From positions 69,466,598 to 69,487,802 of the forward strand of contig JANKJI020000002.1 of NCBI GenBank assembly GCA_024626585.2: a stretch of 21,205 bases of DNA. Direction: 5' to 3'. Position 1 is the first letter of the stretch; each line of letters starts with the position of its first letter. The notes under the pieces were generated by a model. The model was not told the DNA's origin. It did not search any database and saw nothing but the letters and a program-made list of their open reading frames with translations. This document shows positions 1 to 11,657 of the stretch, in pieces. The stretch comes from Ginkgo biloba (lineage: Eukaryota > Plantae > Ginkgophyta). The position numbers and the translations under genes are program-made.

Positions 1-300
1 ATATAGGTCCATTTGGTGTTGGTACCATGCAAACATTGGTGACATTTATAGACTTGGTTTGTGAAGGGATTAACCCTCGCACTACCTTTGGATGTGTTCT
101 ATGTATTACTTTACCATGTTTCATTTTGCTTTATTGTATTTTCTAGTTTCGTAGTTTTAGATTTGGAGTTACTAATAGCGCTTCCTTGAAGCTTTATCAC
201 ATGTTTGTATTCTCATTGCTATTGATTGCTTTTTGGTCACTAGTGGACATTAATATGTATTTCTATTTCTCCTAAGCAAACTGATAGGGAGAAGTGACAA

Positions 301-1197
301 ATAATGTGTTGGTGGCAACATTGTATTAAACCTATGGCATCGACCAAAAGGATTGGATGGATAGATTTTCGACATCACTATGACCATATCACACATCATA
401 CAAAGTGACTACATGACACTCTTTTTGAATTCCACTTGGATATGTGATCACCAGTCTACACATTGCACTTGATAATTGACCCGATGATGCGGCGAGTTAC
501 AACAATGATTGGATAAACTACTCTTGTTCGATGAGCAAGGATTGAAAACACAATGGGCGATGTTCGTTGTTTAGAAGTGACAGAAACATTGGCATGACCA
601 ACACGTTCGAAGACAAAATATTTACGTTGGGTCTCAATTACTGCAGTAGATGGCAAAACTATAATTAAGCCTGATAACTTGAAGATAAAATTGCTTGGAC
701 CCCCTGTGTTGTTTGAAATTCATGATAGTGACTCATTGTAGTCAATTAATCTCAATGGGTCTGCACGAGAAGGATTGGTGAATGGCTTGAAGATTAAGGT
801 ATATCATTCTAGTCTTCACAACCAAAGGCTAGCGTGCTCGTCTGATTTGCAAAAATTGAACACAATTTTGAGGGAATAGAACCCTCTTGGATAGAGTGTC
901 AGGCTTTCGTTTGCATTAATTTTAGAAAGCAAGGCAAGAACTTTTAATCTTCTTTTGGTAGATGAGGCAACCACTCATGTAAAAGGAACGACAATCTATT
1001 TGGGAGTACTGGGAAGAGACAAATGGTATTGGCAATGTTGCCTTCTTGTGAATGCAGATGGTGATTCCTTTCTATTTGACACTAGTTTCCTTCCACTGAG
1101 AAAAATTAGTGGGGGCCCTTTTGGGGTCTCCTCTTGTTCATACCAATATCTCTTTCATAATCATATTATGTCTCTCTATATTATCTTAATTTGTGTA
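301..1197 (+). pseudogene. Decayed ~300-codon reading frame of unknown family, probably TE-derived
   Basis: Frame +1 reads as protein-like sequence (…YLRWVSITAVDGKTIIKPDNLKIKLLGPPVLFEI…RTFNLLLVDEATTHVKGTTIYLGVLGRDKWYWQCCLLVNADGDSFLFDTS…). It has 8 stops (406, 445, 514, 532, 595, 739, 877, 892). Family not recognised. Confidence 0.3.
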
Positions 1198-1397
1198 TGA
1201 ATCCTTTTCTTCTCAATCCATGATCTTTTATGCCAATAATTATATTTCCTTTATACATATATTTTATTCTTAGATATCTTGTTGTTGCCATATTACANNN
1301 NNNNNNNNNNNNNNNNNNNNNNNNNNNNNNNNNNNNNNNNNNNNNNNNNNNNNNNNNNNNNNNNNNNNNNNNNNNNNNNNNNNNNNNNNNNNNNNNN

Positions 1398-1994
1398 CTT
1401 GAACAACCAATTGTCATCATCTTCAACATCATGTGTCTTTTCCCGTTTATGTTTTGCCTGTACTAGAGTTTTTGGTTCATGTTTCCTTACTTCCGCTCTA
1501 CTTTCTGCCCGTAAATTTCCACTGTAGAACTCTCAAACATCTTCCTTGCTTATTTTAGTCCTTTTCTCCAAGACTTCAAACCTTTCAGTATACTCCTCCA
1601 AAAGTTACTCTCTTTTGAAGAAATATGCCAATTGAACTTTGTATGGATGAATCCAATTACTATTCGTTTTCTTATATAACTCTTGGTAGAAACATTGAAA
1701 GGCTCCTATTGGTGATTTATTGTTCTTTTTCCAATGCTTCCCTATGTGTGTGTCGCATGCTGTATAANNNNNNNNNNNNNNNNNNNNNNNNNNNNNNNNN
1801 NNNNNNNNAACTCCACTTCTAACCTTTGGACCCATTTGTATGCATCTACTTCGCATGGAACTTAAATTTGGAATTTTTGATTGTACATTGTAACAAGCCA
1901 AATTTCCTCCATTGTTTCCACTATTTCCCCTTCTAATGTTCCTTCGAGATTCTTCATGTAGTATTGGTTATTGCTATTTCTTCTCTCATCTCCA
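1398..1994 (-). mobile_element. Ty3/gypsy-type retrotransposon gag remnant (frameshifted, with stops)
   Basis: Minus-strand translation gives SKIPNLSS, then a frameshift to EVDAYKWVQRLEV, then LLEEYTERFEVLEKRTKISKEDV*EFYSGNLRAESRAEVRKHEPKTLVQAK. This matches the retrotransposon Gag capsid pattern (IPxF…W..RLE; EEY.ERF…GL+.EI+.EV….P.TL.EA). Confidence 0.7.
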
Positions 1995-2150
1995 TTTTTT
2001 TTTTATTGTAAAGAAGTGGTTTTATTAATTGGAAGAATTACATACAATTACAACAAAATTGGGTGGCATTAAGCACACCCATAATAGAGAAAAGGGCATT
2101 TATACATTGTGTCGGAAGTCCAAAAATCCATATTAGGACAACCTTATAGG
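1995..2150 (-). mobile_element. 3' end (poly(A) tail) of a non-LTR retroposon, L1-like
   Basis: T10 at 1995-2004 and TTTATT at 2021-2026. On the minus strand this is AATAAA about 17 nt upstream of a poly(A) run. It abuts the 5' end of the gag remnant. Confidence 0.45.
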
Positions 2151-2443
2151 CAGGGTTATTGGATTCGCGAACCCAGGCAATCAGGATCATGAATCTTAGG
2201 TGCACCCCTCCCCGGGTGCAGGCGTGCCCCGGGGGCGCACCCGAAGGAATATATTATAAATGTATAATTTATATGTTAGCCTAACATATTTAAATATTAT
2301 ATGGTTTAATGTGTCAGTGTTATTTCTAAATATATTATAAATTAACCTGGTTTAAGAATGGAATATATATTAGAAATATAATATATGTTAACTTGAAGGA
2401 ATATAATTCTCACATTAACTGGGAATATAATATATATTCCTTC
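2151..2443. mobile_element. hAT-like non-autonomous element/MITE; left end visible, right end probably lost in the adjacent 100-N gap
   Basis: Starts with CAGGGTT (hAT-type terminus). GC-rich palindromic subterminal motifs follow: GGATTCGCGAACC, and a TGCACCC/GGGTGCA hairpin at 2201-2220. The core is very AT-rich and bounded by the inverted repeat GAAGGAATATAT (2243-2254) / ATATATTCCTTC (2432-2443), which runs into the gap. Confidence 0.55.
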
Positions 2444-5400
2444 NNNNNNNNNNNNNNNNNNNNNNNNNNNNNNNNNNNNNNNNNNNNNNNNNNNNNNNNN
2501 NNNNNNNNNNNNNNNNNNNNNNNNNNNNNNNNNNNNNNNNNNNACCTCTAGCAACAAAATGGCTAACCATCAATGCCTAACAACTATTAATGATCTGCTA
2601 GACTCCACCCCTCAAACCACACACTAGTAAGGATGTTAGGCATAGGTTTGTTTCAACCCCTCTTTGGCACCTAGATAACTCTAGCAACTAGGTATCCATC
2701 CCTACTAGCAATTTATTTATTTATACCTATGACTGCAACAACAAACCCTAGACTAGAAATCCCACCTGTATGGTCGACAAAATCTAGGGTTGCAATAGAG
2801 AGTAATAATGAGCAACAACTCCAATCTCACTGGTATCTTTCAATTTGTTCCCAATTATATGCATGGTTAGGGCCAAAAGATTCCTTGAACAGAGGATCCC
2901 TTTATCAAGGACCCCAATCCCCAAGCAACTCTCTAGTTGAAGCCAAATTGTTCTAGACAAGTCTCTAGGGTTTTTTACAGTTGTGTAGGGCATATTTCTA
3001 CATAATTACAATCAAAAGAATATTTTGGCAATTATTACAATTTTCTAACAACATAAGAGCATTAAATATGTACAACTGCAATCATCTAATGTCTTGACAA
3101 TAGGCGCCCTACTCTAAATGAGCAATTTATTAGGATTTTAGTCATAAATTATCCATGATAAAGACTAAAAATAGATTTTTGTGCACGACTATAGAAACTT
3201 ATATTAATTGATGGTAATGTGGAAATACTAGAGGAAATTTGGGCTGTAGAATACTTGCAATTTCAAAGACTTACTTGGATAAAACCTTGTGGTTGGATAT
3301 ACCAAATGCCTATGTGCATNNNNNNNNNNNNNNNNNNNNNNNNNNNNNNGTCCCAACTAGAGTTCTTTGCCAAAATCCTCAAAAGATGCAAAATGTGTTT
3401 AGAATTCTAGTGTAGCCTTGTTTGAAAGCTGGCATCACTCCTCTAGCAGAAATCCTCCAAATGAGGCACCTTGGCTTGATAAACAAATCTTGGCACTCGG
3501 ATATGGAAATTAACCCTAGTACTATGTCACTTTCTAGATAGACTGGTTTCAACAGCATGCAAAAAATCAACAAAAGGAAATGGCTATGCACTAGAGAGCT
3601 AGAAATTGTCNNNNNNNNNNNNNNNNNNNNNNNNNNNNNNGTAAAATGATGCAAGAAGAGTTGCTAAAGCCCATAACAAACTCTCTTTATGTAGGAACGA
3701 TTGGACACAACCTCCCATAGAAAGGATGAACTTGTCCTTGAAGATGCCCTCCTCTCTAGGAATCCTTCTCTAACTCTAATATGGGACATGTTAGCATCCA
3801 TTTGGAGGTGCCCTGTGCTGAGTTATCTCTAAGGCCCTTGTCTTTCTCTTTTCTCTCCTCACCACTTTTCCTTGTGAACTCACCATTAGCTACAATGCAC
3901 AAGTATTAGCTTCAAAAGAGAACTTATTCTTTTCACAAATTCCGAGATAAGATTCACTTTGATTTTCTAGGGTGTAACATGTACAAAGTTTGAAAATTGA
4001 AGATAAATTACTAACATTGGTTTTTAAACCAAAGCCAAAGGCAATATGGCAAATCTGTTAGAAATGATGGCCATTTTGTACTTATTTAGTATTTATTAGA
4101 GTGCTTAGGTTGGCATTTAATGTCAGTAACTAATGTCAATAGCATTTAATGTTAGTCATAGGTTATTTAGAATATAACTAGTCTGTTTCTTGTGGCAAAT
4201 AATTGCCATAGGCAACGATGTTTTGAGAGCACAATCCGCAACTAAATAATCCACTCTAAGGGAAATCATAAACTGGGGAAGATAGAGGGTATACACTATT
4301 TTCTTCTCAAATGAAAACAAAGAAAATGATGAAAGTAGTATACTTTGAACACATACCTCACTGTTGAGCTGCAACACCTTTTTCCACTTGTGTACTCCAT
4401 TACTTGGTTGTTTATGTCTGTGAAGCGGGGCAGTGTAGTTTCCTACTTCAACACTTGTGGTCTGCAAGAGAGAAAGANNNNNNNNNNNNNNNNNNNNNNN
4501 NNNNNNNNNNNNNNNNNNNNNNNNNNNNNNNNNNNNNNNNNNNNNNNNNNNNNNNNNNNNNNNNNNNNNNNNNNNNNNNNNNNNNNNNNNNNNNNNNNNN
4601 NNNNNNNNNNNNNNNNNNNNNNNNNNNNNNNNNNNNNNNNNNNNNNNNNNNNNNNNNNNNNNNNNNNNNNNNNNNNNNNNNNNNNNNNNNNNNNNNNNNN
4701 NNNNNNNNNNNNNNNNNNNNNNNNNNNNNNNNNNNNNNNNNNNNNNNNNNNNNNNNNNNNNNNNNNNNNNNNNNNNNNNNNNNNNNNNNNNNNNNNNNNN
4801 NNNNNNNNNNNNNNNNNNNNNNNNNNNNNNNNNNNNNNNNNNNNNNNNNNNNNNNNNNNNNNNNNNNNNNNNNNNNNNNNNNNNNNNNNNNNNNNNNNNN
4901 NNNNNNNNNNTGACCCCATGCTTATTATGGCCATGCGTCTTATCAACTAATGCAATTTGCTTTCGACTTGTAGCCCATAATTGGAAAGTGCTCGTCTTAA
5001 GCCCCAAAACCAACAAATGATTGCACAAAATTTCAGCAAAAAGAACTTGAGAACATGAATCACTTACCCCATTTTCATTGAATTAAGGTCGCCTCATAGA
5101 CTTTGGATGTAAAAGTGGTCCAATGTTCTCAGAGCAATACCCAACCCTAATGGAGCTAAAAACCCTAAATCACATATCAAATATTAGATAGTTGGTCGGG
5201 GCAGACACAATCTGCCTTTCTTGCACAACAAAATTGCACTAACAACACATAGAGACACACATTTCTTAAACATGAAGTATTAATGATATGTTTTAAATAT
5301 CATCATCATCACTTGGTGATTCCTAGGCAAGCATCATATCAAACATCAAACGATTTAGGGAACGATCGCCTAATTATTTCATAGTTTGACATAAAGATGG

Positions 5401-5509
5401 CAGCACTTTGAAGCAACGAAATTCAACAAAATTGCGAGCATAATTATCTATTGCAATCTTTCATGGAATCTTGTGCTTCTCTCTTAAATTGTGTCTGGAA
5501 ATCTTCCAT

Positions 5510-6240
5510 TGTCACAGACATCATCTTGCAATGAAAATGGAAAAGCTTAGTAGTTTAGTAGAGAAGATTGTCACTCCAAAGCTTATGACCAAAGTTTTTG
5601 CCGTTCCAACCTAATAACTTGGCATAAATTGGCAGCTACGTCAGGAGCTTTCAAAGAAGATCCTAAGAAGTTACATTTCAAACATGTAGCTATTCATTTC
5701 AAACATTAATGAAGAGCACAAGCAAGTTGCATTCTAATGTCCAAATTTATTTGAATATGGTATCAGAGCAGAGCATTCCTAGGTGATGATCTTCGTAGCA
5801 TGAAGATGATCTTGAGGAATTCAAAGACGAAGGATACCATGAATTGAAGGATAAATGTTGAAGGAAAACGTCACTAAGAAGTGTAGTAGGTTGCAGTCAG
5901 TTGAGTAGACGACTTTGAAGATTGTACGCATCAATGGGCGCAAGGATGGAGGTCCTTTGGTGTTCGTGTAGGAGAAACGCAGTTGTTGACCAACACTGCA
6001 TTGCACAGGAAATTGAGAACCCAATGTAGGGCGAATGTTGTTGTGGCTGCGTTAGAAATGATGGAGCAGTGACCACTAGGGAGCTCCACATTGAGAGAGA
6101 AGGACTGGCAATCACAATTGTGGATGAGCATTGTAGGGCATTTGCATGGAGAGAACAAAAGATGCAAACATAGGCCGAAGTCTGTGGGAGACACAAAAAA
6201 CACTGAAGACAGTCAAATCCTCAAGAGGAAATGCTGTAAG
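5510..6240 (+). mobile_element. Degenerate LTR retrotransposon fragment (putative LTR, PBS and short internal region)
   Basis: PBS at 5758-5769. A candidate PPT/LTR junction reads GAAGACAGTCAAATCCTCAAGAGGAAATGC-TGTAAG at about 6205-6240. The left boundary is a guess (TGTCAC at 5510). No matching LTR pair is visible. Confidence 0.4.
5758..5769 (+). promoter_or_regulatory. LTR-retrotransposon primer-binding site complementary to the tRNA-iMet 3' end
   Basis: Exact TGGTATCAGAGC, preceded by TTGAATA (possible LTR end …CA decayed to …TA). Confidence 0.8.
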
Positions 6241-6292
6241 TCAGAGTTATTCACTTTCTGGATAACTGATCGAGCTAATAGCTTGCCTTAAA

Positions 6293-6346
6293 AAAATTCA
6301 AGTGACATGAAACAGAGGTAAAATTCAAGTGACATGAAACAGAGGT
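6293..6346. repeat. Perfect 27-bp tandem duplication
   Basis: AAAATTCAAGTGACATGAAACAGAGGT at 6293-6319 and 6320-6346. Confidence 0.95.
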
Positions 6347-6783
6347 GAAAAGCTTACTCCAATGAATCAGGTACCGGTAGGGATGTTCAAGAAGACCAAT
6401 GATGATTCTGGAGTATGAATTCAGCTCTTCTATTGCATTGGCTTCAGAATTCCAGCCCAAACTCTACTATCATGAAAAGACAGACTCCTTAGTCCCCTCT
6501 CAATCCACGTTGCCAATGTATGGATATCTAGTCATATGAATATTTATGACTCCTCTATGGTTAGAGGTAGATCAATAGCGGTAAGCACAGTCAGTCAATT
6601 CCCTAGACTTACTACTATCGGACTGCTTTATATGAGGTATCAGTATCCCCGAATTTTGCTCAGTCGCTGAAAAGCAATCAGCTTACACATAACTGATACT
6701 TCANNNNNNNNNNNNNNNNNNNNNNNNNNAAAAAAAAAAAGACCGTATAAATATTTACTTTCAAATGAATTGAGATCCTTTAC

Positions 6784-6905
6784 CCTTCACGAGATCGAGC
6801 AGCAATGTAGCTCTTCAAATGTTTGATCACTTCTGCTGATTTGACAAAAGATATTGCAATAAAATCAACACCTTCTGAAATCCCAAAATCTATATCAAGC
6901 CAATC
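6784..6905 (-). CDS. PKP1: Internal coding exon (122 bp) of plastidial pyruvate kinase, alpha/isozyme A subunit
   Basis: Encodes [40 protein letters not shown](G), nearly identical to the plant PKp-alpha segment [36 protein letters not shown] that follows MLPTISSK. Acceptor ttttttctcacAG at 6907-6906 (phase 0); donor GTaaag at 6783-6782 (phase 2). No stops or indels. Confidence 0.93.
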
Positions 6906-8388
6906 CTGTGAGAAAAAATGTCCATAAGAATATCGTCTCNNNNNNNNNNNNNNNNNNNNNNNNNNNNNNNNNNNNNNNNNNNNNNNNNNNNNNNNNNNNN
7001 NNNNNNNNNNNNNNNNNNNNNNNNNNNNNNNNNNNNNNNAAGTGACATTAATGCTTTTGATGAATGTGATATGATGCTCTTTGATGGAGCAGAGAAGAAT
7101 GAAGACTTGAAGAATTGTGGAAAATAATTGTCTTTCTAAGAAAATTTTGCAGGTGGTCTTTACAACTTGAGGACTCATGAGAAGGAGAAATTTAATATGG
7201 ACATGCTTGAGGTTAAGCATGTGAATGATATTGATGGCCATGTTGAGCATCNNNNNNNNNNNNNNNNNNNNNNNNNNNNNNNNNNNNNNNNNNNNNNNNN
7301 NNNNNNNNNNNNNNNNNTGCGATAGGGAAAAGTTGCAGAGAGTTGTAGATAAAGGATTGAACAAAGGTTCTACACAACGCACCTTTGTTGATATAGGAGG
7401 AAAGCACTGTTCAAATGTAACAGGTACAACAGAGATGGATTTGGTGCAGTTGTCCATGGAAGAGGAAATTAGTGGCAGGGCGAAGGCACAAACAAAACAT
7501 TGGAAGCAGGTGTAGGAGGAAGTGAGACAATGATTAGAGAGAAGCAAAGAGGTATGGGTACCAAAATTTGGATGAATGGAAGAGGAAACAATTTGAAGAA
7601 GAGCATGAGTAGGAGCTCATGCGAATATTTTTTTTGTAACCAGGTGAGGATGATGCAGGGGCAACGACTGTTTTTGTGGAAAATAAAGTTCCGATGGCGA
7701 AAATTTTGTGAATTGGCGGACAAATGTAGGGCAAACGGTTAAACGGTTCAATGGATGGCCTAAAGAGCTCGACAAACAAGCAAGAGAGGTTTGATGAATG
7801 AACAAAGGACAGATGAAAGGAAAAAATAGTTAGCGATGAAGAAGGATGTTCGTTGAACAGTTGACTGAGGGCGGTGAATGGTGTAAGGCGCTTGACAAGA
7901 AACTTTTCTAGCTTGATGAACAAAATTTGCATGCACGGCAAACAGTGCAGGGCACTTAATGAACATATGTTGTAGCTTGATGTTCGATGAACGGGATGAA
8001 CAACTCAATGAATGAGTGAATAGTTTTCAGCAAACGAAACATAGAAAAGTGAGCGACGAAAGAAAAAGAGAAAGGGTTAGCGAACGATACACACCGCTCG
8101 ATGAATGAGACGACAAACGGATCAAAGGATAGAGAAGAAAAAAAAATAATAAAAAAAAAAGAAGTTAGAGACAAAAAAGAAGGTCAACGGCGGTAAAATA
8201 AAGTGGGTAGGTAGCTAAAAGGGTGCAATAGTTTTTGCAGGTGGAAGATGGAAAGATGGAGGAGGAAGAGGGTGATTTTTGGCACCAGAGGTTGGTGAAG
8301 GAGGGGGGAGATCAACAGGTGGATGAAACACAGGTCGAGGAAGACAGTGCAGAGGGATAGTCTTTGGTAGGAAGGGCAAGATAGGGAC

Positions 8389-8408
8389 GAGAGAGAGAGA
8401 GAGAGAGA
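8389..8408. repeat. (GA)10 microsatellite within a purine-rich, TE-like region
   Basis: Direct reading of the sequence. Confidence 0.95.
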
Positions 8409-9040
8409 GGGAATGGTCTAGATGCATAGGTAGTGAGGGCAAATAGGGGGGAGCAAGCAGATGATCAGAGCTTGTGGGAAGACAACAAACGAGAGAAAGG
8501 GGTAGATGAGCGGAGATTTGGGCGAATAACTATCCGATGTACTAGGGAGATGGAAGTTTGTTGTTGAGACAAAGAAAAGATTATGGAAGATTGGTCTGTT
8601 CTTGCCCTCAGGAGAGGAGGTTGTGCAATTTTGTAATCAAACCCCATGGGGGACAAATGTAATAAGAGAGCAAAATTTGTATTCTAAATTTTCTATGCAA
8701 TGTTGTTTTTTCTTCCTTTCTTCCTCCCTATAGCGAACAAACACTTTTACCTGAGCACACACTGAGGCCATAGAGCCGACCATACCACCTGGATGCTACA
8801 TTAAATAGATTGACTTCTATTTGATAACATGTATATAAGATTTAGTATAATTTATATGGTAGTAATTATTGTGAAATATTACATAGTATAAGATAAATGG
8901 TAGACTGACACGACATACCAAATAAGCAAGAGATTTACACGTCATACACTTTTTTACTGAAGGTGATATTGAAGGTTTCACATAATATCCTCTTTAATCT
9001 TTTAAAGCTATCTAATCAAATTTAAATAAATATTTTATCT

Positions 9041-9099
9041 AAAAAAATAAATAGAAAAAAAAAGAAAAAGAAAAAAAAAAGAAAAAGAGAAAGAGAAAG
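9041..9099 (+). repeat. A-rich low-complexity purine tract
   Basis: AAAAAAATAAATAGAAAAAAAAAGAAAAAGAAAAAAAAAAGAAAAAGAGAAAGAGAAAG. Confidence 0.85.
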
Positions 9100-11657
9100 C
9101 ATGGTATCAATTCCCAACATTTCTTATGCACAATCAAGAAGAGGGAGAAGCATCTACATCCTCAAAGCTTATGCACGGTAAATATGAGGACAACTTTACT
9201 TGATGCACAAGCGAAAGCGAAAGGTAAATATGAGGTCGAATTTTGGTCAAACTTAAAAATTCGACCAAGAGAGGTGGTTTACAAGAGAGAATTCTAACAT
9301 CAGGAACATAACGCATTCAAATTTATTTCAAAAAAAAAAAAACAAGAAGGGATAACGTAATACAATTTAATACAGGATTCNNNNNNNNNNNNNNNNNNNN
9401 NNNNNNNNNNNNNNNNNNNNNNNNNNNNNNNNNNNNNNNNNNNNNNNNNNNNNNNNNNNNNNNNNNNNNNNNNNNNNNNNATTCAGGAATTGCATTGGAG
9501 AGCCTACCTGATTGGGTTGAGAACCCTGCCTATATGACATGTAGGAATGCTTGCTTTGGATGTTGGAGTTTAAGATTCTATTGAAGTAATTTAAATGTTG
9601 ATGTCTTATGTTTGTCTTGATGAGAATGATTGAGGTGTAATTGAGAAGTAATTAGATAGGTGTTACGTCCAAGTTGAAAATTCAAGTTGGAGCCAAATAT
9701 TTGATTGTATGATTGGCGAGAGATGTTCCATGATTCTTACTGATGGGCTAAGCACACTTTTGTTGTTGAACAAGGTGTGAAGATTTATGCTTGTGATAGG
9801 GCTTAAAGGCCTATGATGGATTTATCAAGCTACATGCTATGGTCCCATAGAGACACAAAGAGGAGGCTGGCTTGAGAAAATGGAATTTTGAGCTAAAAAG
9901 GAGAGCCTCTACTGTTTAGGATGCCTCTTCTGAGCAACTGCTATGGGATTGGGGTACGCTTTAGCAGCTGCAGTCTAGGTGTTCCCAAGTTACACTTGGG
10001 CTTCTACAATTCCTTTTAGCAGTCCAGCCATGTGTACAGTCCTTTGCAATCAAACATTTCATACATTTGCTGTTAGTAGTCAGCAATGAGAAAAAATTGT
10101 AGTCCATAGGACAACACATTCCTCTTAGTAGCACATGAGCTTCAACAATTGCTCTGAAGTTCCTGCATTGGACCTCCATGTTAGAGAACTCTAGGAAGAG
10201 AGTGATTGTGCTTTCAGAGAATTTTCTTTCTTATATGCAAGGTATGCAAAACGTGCTGGTATGTTTGAGAGAGTACATTGCCTTGTTATGTGAGAGATCC
10301 TATTTACATACAGGGTGGGTGAAGATTGAATTGTTATGGTGTATACTATATGGCCTTTGTGTGTTTCCTAGTGGAGGATCTATGAGAAGAGTAGTAGTGC
10401 TTTGCTTCTTCAGTCTCGTGTAGGAGATGATGAGCTTACTGACTGCATGTGTTCATATTGGTTCACTATTCTGTGGATTTTAAGTGAGAATATTCATTTA
10501 ACATTTGAAGAGTGTAAGTCCAATGTTGTTTGTTGAACACATAGGAGACTTCTAGATCCATGTAGCACTTCTTATGTGAATTTCATGCATAGGACTCTGT
10601 ATTACTTGTGGGCTAAGTCTTCGTCACTTAGTCATTTGTGGCTTTGTGATTCCTAGTTTGTAAGGAAATTCTAGAAACAGTAGATTGTAGGAATTGACCC
10701 AGTTCTAGTGATGGCTGGTCACTGTTAGTACAATGTTGAAGTAGAATGTTTTGTTTGTGTGATATGAGATCCTTGGGTTGTATGTGGTGAGATCTATGTT
10801 GAAATGCAATAGAGTTGTATTGCTTGTAAGGTGAAGAGTTCTAGTCTATACAGGATATATAACTAGGGCATTGTGCTCGCTGATGAGCCTGCAGCATCTT
10901 TGTCAAAAGCCAATGGCTGAAAGGGTAGGAGTCTCTCTCTTGTATTTTGTTTCTTTATTGCGCTTATTCCCATAACTATATTTATTGGCAATNNNNNNNN
11001 NNNNNNNNNNNNNNNNNNNNNNNNNNNNNNNNNNNNNNNNNNNNNNNNNNNNNNNNNNNNNNNNNNNNNNNNNNNNNNNNNNNNNNNNNNNNGGTGCCTG
11101 ATATCTCCTAGAGTGCACCACGTGTCTAAGGGGCGCTTTTGCCTTGCTGCTGGGTCGCTGGTGGAAAGAATGAAGTGATCGGAAGGCATGGTTAGCATGT
11201 GGGACTTGAGGCAACTATGGTCATAGTTAATCTAGGAGAACACCCTGTCTGAAATTGCCATTAGCTCTCTTTTAATGTCGTTATGCTTGATGCATTTCTA
11301 AGAGCCTTAAGAATATAAAAAGCATTATTTTGTTCTTGCTTCTGCATGTGTCCTTGCATGCTTTCTAGAGAAGAAGATAAAAGGAACCAAGAAAATATAT
11401 GCTTTCTATTTTTCTGATCACTGTGCTAGTGGTTATGCTTCAACCTTCATAGAAATACTTTACATGCATCTTGATCAAGCACNNNNNNNNNNNNNNACAT
11501 GTCTTTCATTCACCTCTTTGAATATTTTGTTTATGTAAATGCCATTGACAGTCCTTTTCATGTCTGGAAGTTATAAAGTTATTTGCTGAGGGTTTCTTGG
11601 ATTCTAGATGATTATGGTTGTGCCAGATGTTAATGTGACAGGTAATTTAGTGTGCAG

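Noticed and set aside
3219-3480. EILEEIWAVEY resembles the CACTA-associated DUF4216 motif (YG.IEEIWELDY)
   Set aside because: A single short motif, with downstream motifs not convincingly present. Too weak to call.
4156-5028. Long ORFs (167-290 aa) in the track
   Set aside because: They span a 433-N gap and stay open only because N codons are not stops.
6780-7547. 255-aa minus-strand ORF as a full gene
   Set aside because: Only 6784-6905 is PK-like and splice-bounded. The rest is intron or TE sequence read through gaps.
7318-8800. Purine-rich region with recurring GAACAAA/GATGAA words, ending in GGATGCTACA (LTR-terminus-like)
   Set aside because: Probably non-coding LTR-retrotransposon sequence, but there is no paired LTR or coding motif to support boundaries. 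The short ORFs here are compositional artefacts.
9100-9112. CATGGTATCAATT as a second tRNA-Met PBS
   Set aside because: Only TGGTATCA matches, and the context is an A-rich tract rather than a recognisable LTR end.
9481-11460. GT-rich LTR-like non-coding block
   Set aside because: No diagnostic termini, PBS or partner repeat visible.
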